Shown here in pieces: positions 1 to 9,474 of a stretch of DNA of 64,000 nucleotides (the stretch's first letter is position 1; every line of letters starts with the position of its first letter). The stretch comes from Bacteroidales bacterium (GTDB taxonomy: Bacteria > Bacteroidota > Bacteroidia > Bacteroidales > UBA932). Under the pieces are notes generated by a model. The model worked only from the letters and a program-made list of their open reading frames with translations, was not told the DNA's origin and searched no databases. Where the stretch lies: NCBI GenBank assembly GCA_017619655.1, contig JAFZRV010000012.1, positions 2,988 through 66,987 of the forward strand. Direction: 5' to 3'. The position numbers were made by a program, and so were the translations under genes.

Positions 1-417
1 GAAATAGGCTTGGCGTGATAACGGTTCCTTTGCTTCATCCGGAAGCTTCTGTCAATGCTTGTGGCGCCCCCGATGCACAGTAGTGAATGGCCGGCTGCAG
101 TGATAACGCTATAGTCAGGAACGGTTCTCCAGCGTATGGTTGATTATCTCTTCGGCAAAATAGGAAGGATCATCGTGGTTGCCCCGGACAAAGACCACCC
201 AGTTGTTTGCTTTGCGCAGTCTGTCGGCAACGGTATTATAGACGATTTCATAATACCCCGGTTTTTCAAAGCCGAAGCCGCAGTCTCCGGCGACGATGAG
301 CAGCGTATCCGTGCAGCCATATCGTATACACAGATTATATACGAGCAACTTGAAGTCTCCATGAATATCTCCAGAAACGAGAACTTGTTTAGCGTCAGGG
401 TAATTATAAAGTTTCAT
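1..417 (-). pseudogene. Calcineurin-like metallophosphoesterase, apparently frameshifted, running off the left edge
   Basis: ORF 115..555 (likely start ATG at 417, MKLYNYPD) carries GDIHG, GDCGFG and GNHD motifs but stops at 115 after HTLENRS. The adjacent frame on the same strand continues PDYSVITAAGHSLLCIGGATSIDRSFR, the expected downstream part of this family. A frame change must therefore lie in about 116..141. Confidence 0.6.
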
Positions 418-568
418 TTTGCGGTTTGATTTATAATCCATATCTTTGCGGCGAGACGGTAAAACGTGATACGGATGGGTAATCGAGTCGCGCAAAAGTC
501 CCCGCCCGCGAGGCCCTCGCTCATGAAGTAATTCCGCCACGTAGTCTTGGGGCAAATCTTACAGGAGG

Positions 569-1261
569 TCAGTTGGCCTCCTTTTTTATTTTGCTCGCGT
601 CTATTGCTGTAATACAATACTGGACCTTTTTCTTGTCGCTTCTTCTTACCCCCACAGTCATCTTGACTCGGCCGACACCAGTACAGATATACTCCATAAT
701 CAGCATGCTCTCGAAAGAACGTTGATTCTTGCTGTCCTGTTTTGATGGTACCTTTCTGACCAGCCAGGCGTTGGTCAAAATAGCATCGAGTTGCAAAACG
801 GCCAATGTCGACAAGTATGTCAACGAAGCATGGGCGGCTGTTTCGTCAAGAGATACTGCACGAATATTAATGTCCTCCTTTAGGACAATGTTATACTTGG
901 TCTGGTCAGGGTTCTTCCGTTTCCAACCTTCGTAGAACTCATAAATGAGATCATAGCGCATTCTCCTGTCCTCAACAGAATTGCCTGTTGGGATATCATC
1001 CTCAGTAATCTCATACTCTGATTCTTCAAGGGGAACAATTGGAATCATTTTCAGATCAGGCTCTTCAACGTACCCCACGAGCATCATAAACGGTACATTC
1101 ATTACGGCGGCGGCCTTGTATATCGTCTCCAGATTCTTGGTCCTGAATAGTGCCTTTACATTCTGTTTACGTATCCCCATACGACGAGCAAATTCGCTTT
1201 TGCTCATGCCGATTTGCTCAAGCAGTGTTTCACCCTTTGCTTCAAAGTACAACTGATTCAT
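569..1261 (-). CDS. XRE-family helix-turn-helix protein with an uncharacterised C-terminal domain
   Basis: ORF 569..1327. The likely start is MNQLYFEAKGETLLEQIGMSKSEFARRMGIRKQNV, an HTH_XRE-like N-terminus. A TACCTTTG -7-like box lies about 20 nt upstream on the minus strand. The segment is visibly AT-rich. Confidence 0.6.
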   Translation of the reverse strand: MNQLYFEAKGETLLEQIGMSKSEFARRMGIRKQNVKALFRTKNLETIYKAAAVMNVPFMMLVGYVEEPDLKMIPIVPLEESEYEITEDDIPTGNSVEDRRMRYDLIYEFYEGWKRKNPDQTKYNIVLKEDINIRAVSLDETAAHASLTYLSTLAVLQLDAILTNAWLVRKVPSKQDSKNQRSFESMLIMEYICTGVGRVKMTVGVRRSDKKKVQYCITAIDASKIKKEAN

Positions 1262-1295
1262 ATTATTTATTTTCGACAAAGGTAATATATAATTA

Positions 1296-1772
1296 TTACT
1301 TTCGCAAGGAGAAATAATAATCGTCAAACTGGCGCAATGGCATAGGTACCAGCACGACAGTTGGATCCTTGTCCGAATCGTCTGCTTCCACGAACCGCAT
1401 CTCGAAATCCGTGGCTCCCATGTCCCTGAGCATAGCGTCTAGTTCCGGCGTAAGCTTCTCGCGGATATAGGCCCTGGCCAGTTTACGGATGCGTTCGCGC
1501 TGCGTGCGCGTATCGCCTGCAAGCCCCCAGAATGATTTATCGAGTGCGATGTCTGCATCCTCTGAAAACCGTTCTATCAAACCCCATCCCTTCGAAAGGC
1601 TCGTACCGCCTTTGAATGAAGCATAGTCCTTGATCGACGAGCCGAACAACGCCTTCAGCGCCATTACCACCCACCAATCCTTCTCAATCACATTCGCATT
1701 GAAACCAAGCTGTCTAGTTGCGACATTCACCGCAGCAATCTTGTCTGCATCACTAAGCTGAAGCCAATTCAT
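1296..1772 (-). pseudogene. AbiEii/AbiGii-family nucleotidyltransferase toxin, C-terminally truncated
   Basis: It has the KGGTSLSKGW and SEDADIAL motifs of the AbiEii nucleotidyltransferase fold. It is only about 158 aa, against 266 aa for the intact paralog at 7611..8411. The last codons run into AT-rich DNA. Confidence 0.55.
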
Positions 1773-2385
1773 TTTCAATCTCCTCAATCATAGGTAAAAC
1801 AATCCGTTTGATCCAAGCCGGGACGAGATATAGGTCTGACCTATACAAATCTGGACGGCCCTCTTTCCGAAGCACTTCCGCAATCGTACTACATTGCTCC
1901 CGGGTGAGTTCCTCCTCACCAATGGTTCGCAAAGCAGCTACAATCAGCGGCAAGGTCTCGCTCTTAAAGGCGAAATTGCGCGGTGCACCCCGCTTTAGCC
2001 GGATTTCCCGGCCATCGACATGCAGCACGCGTGCTGTACCGTCTGTAATATACACCTCGTTCATCGGCACCTGTTCCGATAGTCCGAGCATGTTGGCAGC
2101 CGCATATCCGGTAGGGATGACTCGTGCAGCATCCCGCCGCGCAATCGCTTTCACCAACTCAGCAGTGGAGGGGTATACAATGCCGAACCGCGACATCTTC
2201 GGATACAGGTAGATGCCGGCTCCCAGCCGTACCAGGAAACCTTCGTCCGCCAGCCGGGACATCACTTTCCGCGATGCCTCCGGGCTGAACTGCGCGAAAT
2301 CGCTCAGGGTATAAATTTCTCCCTGTCCTTTCTTGTTGATAATCTGCCGAATAGCAGAATACGCACTATCCGTATGACGTCCCAT
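1753..2385 (-). CDS. AbiEi-like antitoxin/transcriptional regulator (type IV TA)
   Basis: Start MGRHTDSAYSAIRQII, with an N-terminal winged-helix-like segment YTLSDFAQFSPEASRKVMSRLADEGFLVRLGAGIYLYP typical of AbiEi. Its 3' end overlaps the start of the AbiEii fragment. Confidence 0.65.
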   Translation of the reverse strand: MGRHTDSAYSAIRQIINKKGQGEIYTLSDFAQFSPEASRKVMSRLADEGFLVRLGAGIYLYPKMSRFGIVYPSTAELVKAIARRDAARVIPTGYAAANMLGLSEQVPMNEVYITDGTARVLHVDGREIRLKRGAPRNFAFKSETLPLIVAALRTIGEEELTREQCSTIAEVLRKEGRPDLYRSDLYLVPAWIKRIVLPMIEEIENELASA

Positions 2386-2468
2386 AGCCTTTATTTTTGT
2401 CACAAATTTTGCAAATATTTGGGACAAAAACAAATCTTCTTGACATAACAATAATAGGCAATGGGGGC

Positions 2469-3815
2469 TTACTGCCGCTGGAACACGATGGGGGTCTGGC
2501 TCAGGTCTGCACGCGTATTGTTAAAGCCCTCGAGCTCCAGGCTTTTTCCGTTGTCGTAGATCCTGGCCTTCATCACTTTACCTTTGGGCGTGGGCTGGGG
2601 GACATAGCTGTACGTCCAGTCGCCCTCTTTCCAGAAGCCGTCTTGGGTATAGAACCCCGTGTCGTATTTATAGATGGTCAGCTGGAGCGCATCGTTATTT
2701 CCTTCCACGGTATAGGCGAAAGATTGGTAGATTTTCCTTCCCAATAACTCATACCCCGTTCCGTCGCTGCGGAATACCCAGGTATAGGAACGCTTGCCAA
2801 ACACCCCGGCAGCACTGAACCCAACACCTGACCAGCGTCCCACAATCAACGAGCTGTTGTCTCTCTCCGGGACTCCGTATTTAGGCTCTCCTTTCTTGTT
2901 GGAATAAGGGTCTGACTTCTGCTTGTACCAGGGATAAGTCACGAACGTGAAGCCCCGGTCGAATGTTTTGCCAAAAGTGTCGTACGAACGGGCCGTATAC
3001 TCGATCGTATCGCCGGCCGCAAAGCAGCAGACGTACGAATAGCCCTGATAGTTGCTGACGGAATTATAGGTCTGATAGTCGGTCAACCAGTAGCTGAAAG
3101 GGTCAAGAGCTACTTCGGTTTTTCCGTTCTTGAACGACTTCACGCTGCGCAGGTATCCCGTGCCGTTTGCTTCGAAATGACAGACTTCCGTGATGGAGAA
3201 AGGAAGATCGTCATAGAGCGCCACCTGGTCGTCGATGCCGCTGTTGTTTGGGGTGATGTCGTGGTGCAGATGCTCCCAATCCATCTGCCAGGTTCCAACA
3301 AGAAGATTCGGTGCGCCTTCGGCGCTTTTCACCACCTCCGTGTCGATGAGCAGCAGGCAGTTCACGTCGGTGACTTCCTTGAGGAACTGGTAATACTCTT
3401 GAATCGTTTTGAACGTGATTCTCTCCCCCGAAGGTTTGTAAACACCCGTCCAGTCATCCATCACGGCACAAAACAGATGGTACACCGTTTCTCCTTTCCA
3501 TTTCATCTTGTAAACCTGCGTGGGGGACATGAGACCATACGTCTTGACTGTCTCCTTCAGCTCGTTCGGCAAGTTTTCGTAGCGTGTATGGTTTACCGGA
3601 ACGGCCCAGCTGACATAACACACTTCTTTGTAGAGATCCGTGATGTCATACAACTGCAAGGTCATATTCCGGTTCTCGACAAAGAAAGTCCCGATGAGCT
3701 CGCCGTAAGATTCGGGATCAGCCGGTTTTTCGCCGGGCTCGATTTCCGGGATGGGATTGCATCCGAAGAGCAAGGCCGTCAGGCAGGTTAGAAGAAAAAC
3801 GGAAAGGCTTTTCAT
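2469..3815 (-). CDS. Lipoprotein of unknown function
   Basis: 448-aa ORF with a signal peptide and lipobox (MKSLSVFLLTCLTALLFGC). No recognisable catalytic motif. Confidence 0.7.
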   Translation of the reverse strand: MKSLSVFLLTCLTALLFGCNPIPEIEPGEKPADPESYGELIGTFFVENRNMTLQLYDITDLYKEVCYVSWAVPVNHTRYENLPNELKETVKTYGLMSPTQVYKMKWKGETVYHLFCAVMDDWTGVYKPSGERITFKTIQEYYQFLKEVTDVNCLLLIDTEVVKSAEGAPNLLVGTWQMDWEHLHHDITPNNSGIDDQVALYDDLPFSITEVCHFEANGTGYLRSVKSFKNGKTEVALDPFSYWLTDYQTYNSVSNYQGYSYVCCFAAGDTIEYTARSYDTFGKTFDRGFTFVTYPWYKQKSDPYSNKKGEPKYGVPERDNSSLIVGRWSGVGFSAAGVFGKRSYTWVFRSDGTGYELLGRKIYQSFAYTVEGNNDALQLTIYKYDTGFYTQDGFWKEGDWTYSYVPQPTPKGKVMKARIYDNGKSLELEGFNNTRADLSQTPIVFQRQ

Positions 3816-3830
3816 ACAAGCTCTTCCTGG

Positions 3831-4181
3831 CTACAATTTGATCAGCTTCGTTTCGTCGACGCGGACGCTGATACGCTGTTCGTAAAGGACTTTTCCTCTG
3901 GAACGGACAAGGACATCGTGACGTCCGGGACTGACGTAAATCATATTCTCGGCTGCCCTTTTGAGGTTGCGTTTGTGGTTGAGATCCTTTTCCTTCACCG
4001 TCTTCACATGGTATCGATCTCTGTCAACGGTGACGTCGATATCATACTCGTGGCTGTCTACGAAAATAAGAACGGCATCTTCCTCGGGGGTGTACTTGGA
4101 GGCGGATTTATAAGTGGAACAACTTGTAGCCATCAGTGCCACGACGGCAATCAGAAAGCAGGTCAATAATGTTTTCTTCAT
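3831..4181 (-). CDS. Small lipoprotein of unknown function
   Basis: 116-aa ORF with a lipobox (MKKTLLTCFLIAVVALMATSC). Confidence 0.65.
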   Translation of the reverse strand: MKKTLLTCFLIAVVALMATSCSTYKSASKYTPEEDAVLIFVDSHEYDIDVTVDRDRYHVKTVKEKDLNHKRNLKRAAENMIYVSPGRHDVLVRSRGKVLYEQRISVRVDETKLIKL

Positions 4182-4192
4182 AGTGCTTATTA

Positions 4193-4951
4193 TTAATAGT
4201 TTATCTTAGCTTTCGACTCATTTATGCTGCGTTGCAGCTCTATGATTTCGTAAATATCGTTTGCGTCTTCATCTTCTTCAGACACGCTTTTCTCTATCTG
4301 CTCCCTTGCCTTGCGATAAGCTTCTATCTCCTCGTCGGTGACTTTCATCATCTGTCGGCACTGGGCGTACAGCTGCCTCATATCCTTCAGGATGCTGCAG
4401 CTTGTGAGGGCATATTCCGAGTAATCAAAATCAAGGATGCCCTTTATCGAGGAAAAAGACTCATTCTGCGCGACGTCATTGAAAACGGGGTCGCAGACCA
4501 TCGTTTTATAGATCTGGCGCATCTGATAAAACGTAGCCACATTCTCGGTAAACAGCACGTTGCCCACGGTGTTGATGGTTTCGATGCTGGACGAAAAAAT
4601 TCGCTCCGTCGTTTCCGTAAAATCAACTCTAGGCATCAAATGAGCAATCTGGTACCGAAGATCGTCAAACCGGGCGGGGTCTTCCGCCAGCTGACGCTGA
4701 ACCTCCATAGACTGGCGGATGGACGCGTCGGCATTTTCAACCGAGGCCAGCGAGCTGTACATATCGTACATCACCATCATCACTATCTGGCGCTTCTCGC
4801 TTTGTTTCTTGTTGTAGTTGATGATGCCCGATGTGCCGAATGTGAGGGCGATGGATACGGTGGTGGCCAGAAGCGACAGCAGAAACTGCTTCCACGAAGC
4901 CATCCCGCTTCCCTTCTTTAAACTCTCCGGGGTGTGAACTTTGACGTTCAT
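4193..4951 (-). CDS. Membrane-anchored hypothetical protein
   Basis: 252-aa ORF with one N-terminal hydrophobic helix (WKQFLLSLLATTVSIALTFGTSGII) and an acidic helical C-terminus. The start could alternatively be the internal MASWKQF. Confidence 0.55.
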   Translation of the reverse strand: MNVKVHTPESLKKGSGMASWKQFLLSLLATTVSIALTFGTSGIINYNKKQSEKRQIVMMVMYDMYSSLASVENADASIRQSMEVQRQLAEDPARFDDLRYQIAHLMPRVDFTETTERIFSSSIETINTVGNVLFTENVATFYQMRQIYKTMVCDPVFNDVAQNESFSSIKGILDFDYSEYALTSCSILKDMRQLYAQCRQMMKVTDEEIEAYRKAREQIEKSVSEEDEDANDIYEIIELQRSINESKAKINY

Positions 4952-4952
4952 A

Positions 4953-6041
4953 TTATTCTCCTATAAGTTCCTGCAGCCGACTGAACAGTGCCTTGCCGCG
5001 AAGGCCGCGGTCGATGATCTTGCCTTGCGGGTCGATGAGGATATTGTCTGGTATGGCGTCAACCTGATAGATGGAGGCGGCAGCGCAGTTGAAGCCTTTC
5101 AGGTCGGAAATCTGCAGCCACGGCATCTCGAGCTGGTCAATGGCCTTGACCCAGGCTTCCTTATTCTCGTCGAAAGAGATGCCTACCACCTCAAAACCCT
5201 TGATGTGGAATTGGTTGTATGCCTCCAGGACATGGGGCATTTCCGCCCGGCAGGGGGCGCACCAAGAGGCCCAGAAATCCACGAGCACATACTTGCCATC
5301 GCCCACAAGCTCACTGATCTTGTGCATCTTGCCATCGGGGTCTGCCATCTCCATGTCGGTGTATGGTTGTCCGACGAAGGCGGTTTTCGGACTATCTTCC
5401 GGCTTCAGCAGCGCTTCCACATCGTCCCTTGTCTTTTTCAGGTAGGGATGGTTCGCAAACACCACGCCCTCCTTGACCAGCTCATCGTAGGCCTCCACGC
5501 CGTTGTCAAGGAAGTAATAGCCGCTGAATGCCACAGGTATCAGCGAATTGCGCTCCTCCTCGAACACCCTGTTGGCAAAGGCCAGCTGCTCGCTGTTTCT
5601 CTTGTTTACCGCTTCGATGAATTCATCGGCCCGTGCCATTATTTCATCATCGGTGAGGCCCGCAATCATCGCGTTCAGGTGTCTTTGGGGCAGGTCCATT
5701 TCCACTTCAAGCCTGGCCAGACGCTCGTTCAGCGGTGAGCCTTTCAGTGTGCTGTCATTGACATTGATGACGACAGGCGTACCGTCATTGAAGAATTGCG
5801 TCATCCAGTTCTTGTTCTCTGCCTGGACGGCCAATAGGGCATCCTGAGCGGCCGTACCCCTGAAAGAGAACTTGCCGTCAGAAACGACTGCGCTGCCGAT
5901 GGCTGTTTCTGTCAGCTGGTCTATCAGGTAGACCTTACTGCCGTTTTCCGTAAACGTTCCGCTGACGGTATAATTCTTTGTTCCGTCGGATGCACAGGCC
6001 GTGACCGCCAATGCTGCTAAAAGAATCCAAATGCTTCTCAT
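4953..6041 (-). CDS. TlpA-like thiol:disulfide oxidoreductase (thioredoxin fold) with an N-terminal extra domain
   Basis: Signal/lipobox-like N-terminus (LAALAVTAC). It carries the WASWCAPC redox motif typical of TlpA/ResA/AhpC-TSA family proteins. Confidence 0.8.
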   Translation of the reverse strand: MRSIWILLAALAVTACASDGTKNYTVSGTFTENGSKVYLIDQLTETAIGSAVVSDGKFSFRGTAAQDALLAVQAENKNWMTQFFNDGTPVVINVNDSTLKGSPLNERLARLEVEMDLPQRHLNAMIAGLTDDEIMARADEFIEAVNKRNSEQLAFANRVFEEERNSLIPVAFSGYYFLDNGVEAYDELVKEGVVFANHPYLKKTRDDVEALLKPEDSPKTAFVGQPYTDMEMADPDGKMHKISELVGDGKYVLVDFWASWCAPCRAEMPHVLEAYNQFHIKGFEVVGISFDENKEAWVKAIDQLEMPWLQISDLKGFNCAAASIYQVDAIPDNILIDPQGKIIDRGLRGKALFSRLQELIGE

Positions 6042-6101
6042 TTTTCTATTAAAGGGTGGTCAAATTGCTTGGCCACCCTTTGTACTATAATAATATTCTT
6101 A

Positions 6102-6638
6102 TTAGAAGCGGAACACAAAACCGACATTGGCGTCCGGAGTGTAGTCGGAGTAACCGGTCTCGAGCATCAGGCCGAAGTGATCGGAAAGGAAGAACTCCGT
6201 ACCGACGAAACCGCTGTAGCTGAAGCCCATGTTGACATCTTTGGCACCGCGCCAGTTGGAGATTCCAAGGCCGGCGGTGAGGCCGACGTGCAACTCGAAC
6301 CACTTGGCCAGGTTCCAACCCACGGTTAAGCGGGGCGCGACGGCGAAATCATAGAGCTTGCCACCAAGGGTTGCGCTGCTGTTTCCCCAATATTGGTAAC
6401 CCGTCTGGGCACCAACGGTGAAATGACCTTTACCGAAATTAACTACGGTAGCGTCAAGAAAAACGGAACCGCCGGGGATGAAAGCCCAGGCGCTGCCGTT
6501 GCTGGAGAAGGTCGGCTCGACATAAATATTGGAACCGCCGAGAACGCCGATCGTGATATTGCTGACGCTCTGGGCATTAGCCGAGAGAGACATCGTCATT
6601 CCAAGGACGGAAAGAAGGATAATAATGCTTTTTTTCAT
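6102..6638 (-). CDS. Small outer-membrane beta-barrel protein
   Basis: Signal peptide MKKSIIILLSVLGMTMSLSANA, alternating beta-strand pattern, and a C-terminal aromatic terminus GFVFRF. A TAATTTTG box lies upstream on the minus strand. Confidence 0.7.
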   Translation of the reverse strand: MKKSIIILLSVLGMTMSLSANAQSVSNITIGVLGGSNIYVEPTFSSNGSAWAFIPGGSVFLDATVVNFGKGHFTVGAQTGYQYWGNSSATLGGKLYDFAVAPRLTVGWNLAKWFELHVGLTAGLGISNWRGAKDVNMGFSYSGFVGTEFFLSDHFGLMLETGYSDYTPDANVGFVFRF

Positions 6639-6684
6639 AATTGATTATTCTTATTTAAATGCAAAATTAAGAAAAATAATTCTT

Positions 6685-7482
6685 TCATTGAGTACGCGCA
6701 GGGGAATCGGCTATTTTCTGCTGTCTGCACCAGACCTTCATTACAAGGTGGTGGGGGAGAATCTTGACGAGGAGGATCTGCATCCTGGCGATGAAGCCGA
6801 AAGTGCTGAGGTCGCGCCCTTTCAGGAGGTCTCGCCAACCGCGGTTCACTACGTCCACTGGATCGTACATCGCGTTGAAATACGTGATGCGGTCTTTCTC
6901 CGTCCGGTTGTTGGCCACGTCAAAGAATTCTGTCTTTGTCCAGTAAGGGCAGAGGGCCGTGACTGTGATACCCTTCGGCTTGAGTTCTTTCCAGAGGCCG
7001 CGGCTGAAATTCAGCACGAATGCCTTGGTTGCGGCATATTCCGTGATGTACGGGACCGGCTGGAAAGCGGCGACGGATGCGATGTTGAGCACCCGGCTGC
7101 CAGCTTTCATATACGGAAGGCAGATGTAGCACATGTCCATCAGGGCGGAGCAGTTAAGCGCAAGCATGCTGTCGGCTGTCTTGCGGGGGACATCTTCGAC
7201 CGCCTGGAACTTGCCGAATCCGGCGGCGTTCACCAGCAGGACGATCTCGGGATTCTCGGCGGCCAGGGTGCGTGTGAATCTCTCCAGGGACTCTCCGTCG
7301 GTGAGGTCCATGGGAATTTGCCGGACGGTCTGCCCGGCCAACTCCTGTGAAAGCGCTTCGAGACGGTCTGCCCTACGGGCAATGACCCACAATTCGTCGA
7401 ATGCGACGTGCGTGGCTGCCGTCTGCGCAAACCTGCGGCCCATTCCGCTGGAGGCGCCTGTGATGATGGCTATTCTTGACAT
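6685..7482 (-). CDS. Short-chain dehydrogenase/reductase (SDR)
   Basis: TGASSGMG cofactor motif, NAAG, and a YxxxK-type catalytic segment (YAATKAF). Confidence 0.85.
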   Translation of the reverse strand: MSRIAIITGASSGMGRRFAQTAATHVAFDELWVIARRADRLEALSQELAGQTVRQIPMDLTDGESLERFTRTLAAENPEIVLLVNAAGFGKFQAVEDVPRKTADSMLALNCSALMDMCYICLPYMKAGSRVLNIASVAAFQPVPYITEYAATKAFVLNFSRGLWKELKPKGITVTALCPYWTKTEFFDVANNRTEKDRITYFNAMYDPVDVVNRGWRDLLKGRDLSTFGFIARMQILLVKILPHHLVMKVWCRQQKIADSPARTQ

Positions 7483-7610
7483 ATTCAGTTCTTGATGGAT
7501 TTGTCTTTCAAAGATAGATAAACCTGATCAGCATTCCAATGCAACTTAATTATTCTTTTTCATCTTATTTCAAGTTGAGATAAGATGCAATCCACCTGCA
7601 ATAATTTGCT

Positions 7611-8411
7611 CTATTTTTGTGCCTGTAACTTGTCTACCAGCGTCTCTCTAACGAGATCCCATGCGGCCTGAGGATCAAACTGAATCCCGGGTCGAAGCAA
7701 CTTGACCGTGTCGCCGGTGAACTCCGGATCAGCCATCTTTTCCTCCATATTGGCCATGAACTGTTTGTAGGTCGGCGGTGCTTCGACCACGAAACTGATA
7801 TACCGGCGATAGCAGCGAATGATTTCATCAGCATTGACCTCGGCGTTCTCCAGTGCGTATGCCAAGTCGAATAGATCCCTTCCTTTTTTGCGCTGATACA
7901 AGGCGCGGAGTTTGGTGCCCAGTAGCTCATTCAGCTGATAGGTCGTGATGTTGCAAGAGCCCTTGGCCCATAGGCTGTCGTAAGAGAAGGGAACCTGAAC
8001 CAGACCCAGTTCGTTGAAGTGCTCGTAGCAATTGATCTCCACCTTCAGGCGAAGTTGCACGACAGGAGGAACCTCCGAGGGAATCCGGAAGAGTATCGTG
8101 TTGTTGAATCGCTTGGGCTTGATGACCTTTCCTGGAAGGTAACTCAGCACTTCGCCCAGACGGAAGAGAATGGGCTTGATGGGACCAGGGTTGATTTGCA
8201 CAAGGTCGATATCCTCCGAATAGCGAGGTTGTGGGGAAAGATAAAGCTTGTGGAGCGCAGTTCCGCCGCGGAAGGCAAGCTCCTTCGCGAGGAATTCATC
8301 AGCAAAGATGTCGGTGAGTGCCCGGGTAATGATGAGATCTTGCTCGACATTGGCGATGTCTTCCCAAGGGACCTGTTTGTTCCAGTGCGTGATGGCTGAA
8401 CGGGGTATCAT
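7611..8411 (-). CDS. AbiEii/AbiGii-family nucleotidyltransferase toxin (type IV TA), full length
   Basis: 266 aa with RGGTALHKLY and SEDIDLV motifs. It shares a 4-nt ATGA overlap with the upstream antitoxin gene. Confidence 0.85.
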   Translation of the reverse strand: MIPRSAITHWNKQVPWEDIANVEQDLIITRALTDIFADEFLAKELAFRGGTALHKLYLSPQPRYSEDIDLVQINPGPIKPILFRLGEVLSYLPGKVIKPKRFNNTILFRIPSEVPPVVQLRLKVEINCYEHFNELGLVQVPFSYDSLWAKGSCNITTYQLNELLGTKLRALYQRKKGRDLFDLAYALENAEVNADEIIRCYRRYISFVVEAPPTYKQFMANMEEKMADPEFTGDTVKLLRPGIQFDPQAAWDLVRETLVDKLQAQK

Positions 8412-9208
8412 AGTTCGTCGATTTCTATTTCGGTATTCACAAGAATGCTCCAGCGCTTGTCTACTTCTGCTCCTACCGTGCTCTTGCGCGGTGACAGCGG
8501 GAAGCGGTTGAACTTGGACGCCACTTGTCGGAGTTCGGCATATAGTGCGTCAGCCTGCTCCTGATTCTGCAGAACATGCTCCAGAATGTATCCCAGTCGC
8601 TGAACAGTGGCAAGGGTCGCTTGTGCTATCAACCCATTTTCGGCAGCGCCGCTCCAGTTCGTTTGCTCGGAGAGCTCCTCGATGATGGTTGCCGCACGGG
8701 AAAGGCCGCCGATCCGGTGCTCATACTGTACGAGATCCAGTGCCGTGAGTTCAGGTCCGGAGAAGCGGACAGTGCCGGTTTCTGAATTCCTGGTTTGCAG
8801 CAAAGCATCATTGATGGTAGCCCGGTAGGTCCAGTCCAAAGAGGTTTGCTTTTGCGCGTGCAGCTGGGGGAGCGTAGTCATGACGCAGAAATACTGCGGG
8901 CGTTGATGTGCTGCGCCAAGCATCTCAGCTGCACTCAAAAGACCTATATAATAAGGCTTCTCGAGATAGGCCATCAACTGATCGATATAGTAAACCGGCG
9001 GAATGACACCCTTGGCAGCATAGTGGGGAGGGACAATCACATAGAACCCACGAAAAGGCTGTGTGACGAGGCCAGCCTTCCTGGCCCGATACAGGTTGTT
9101 TAATAAAGCTTGGGGGGCGAGGTCAGGGAAAGCGCTGGCAACATCATTGTAGGTGAATGTCGCCAACCCTTCAATCTCTCGCTGATGAATCCAGTCTCGG
9201 ATGCTCAT
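8408..9208 (-). CDS. AbiEi-family antitoxin (type IV TA)
   Basis: 266 aa, immediately upstream of and translationally coupled to the AbiEii gene. The N-terminal winged-helix-like segment and overall architecture are typical of AbiEi. A TATATTTG box lies upstream (plus-strand caaatata at 9225..9232). Confidence 0.8.
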   Translation of the reverse strand: MSIRDWIHQREIEGLATFTYNDVASAFPDLAPQALLNNLYRARKAGLVTQPFRGFYVIVPPHYAAKGVIPPVYYIDQLMAYLEKPYYIGLLSAAEMLGAAHQRPQYFCVMTTLPQLHAQKQTSLDWTYRATINDALLQTRNSETGTVRFSGPELTALDLVQYEHRIGGLSRAATIIEELSEQTNWSGAAENGLIAQATLATVQRLGYILEHVLQNQEQADALYAELRQVASKFNRFPLSPRKSTVGAEVDKRWSILVNTEIEIDEL

Positions 9209-9386
9209 TTTCTTAAAATATATGCAAATATAATCAAAAACTGATTAGTATGGAATAAATTTTAGGAAATTGGCGGTCATCGCCAAGAACTTTGGCCGCG
9301 TCTGGTTGCGGGATTGTGCTCGCCCGCAGGGCGGGCTGCGCATTCCCCGTGCCTACGGCCTGCGTCTTGGGCAAAGCACTGAAAAT

Positions 9387-9474
9387 CTGGAGTTCGGCTC
9401 GCCGAACTCCAGCCTTTTTGTGCGAGAAGTCCTGTGCGAAAGCGAGCTCTCGCACAGGACTTCTCACACAAAAA
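9387..9474. repeat. Two adjacent perfect or near-perfect palindromes (hairpins H1 and H2)
   Basis: H1: ctggagttcgg/ccgaactccag, 11-bp stem, 9387..9412. H2: gagaagtcctgtgcga/tcgcacaggacttctc, 16-bp perfect stem, extended by tttttgtg/cacaaaaa, 9415..9474. Confidence 0.8.

Noticed and set aside
7561-7587. 8-bp inverted repeat catcttat/ataagatg between the AbiEii stop and the SDR start
   Set aside because: The stem is short and AT-rich, the loop is 11 nt, and there is no T tail on either strand. It is too weak to call a terminator or regulatory site.
9270-9386. GC-rich stretch upstream of the AbiEi promoter, with small ORFs (64-77 aa) on both strands
   Set aside because: The ORFs overlap each other, lack start-site context and have arginine/alanine-rich translations. 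A superficial resemblance of gctcgcccgc to the left end of the 70-nt repeat family did not extend into an alignment.
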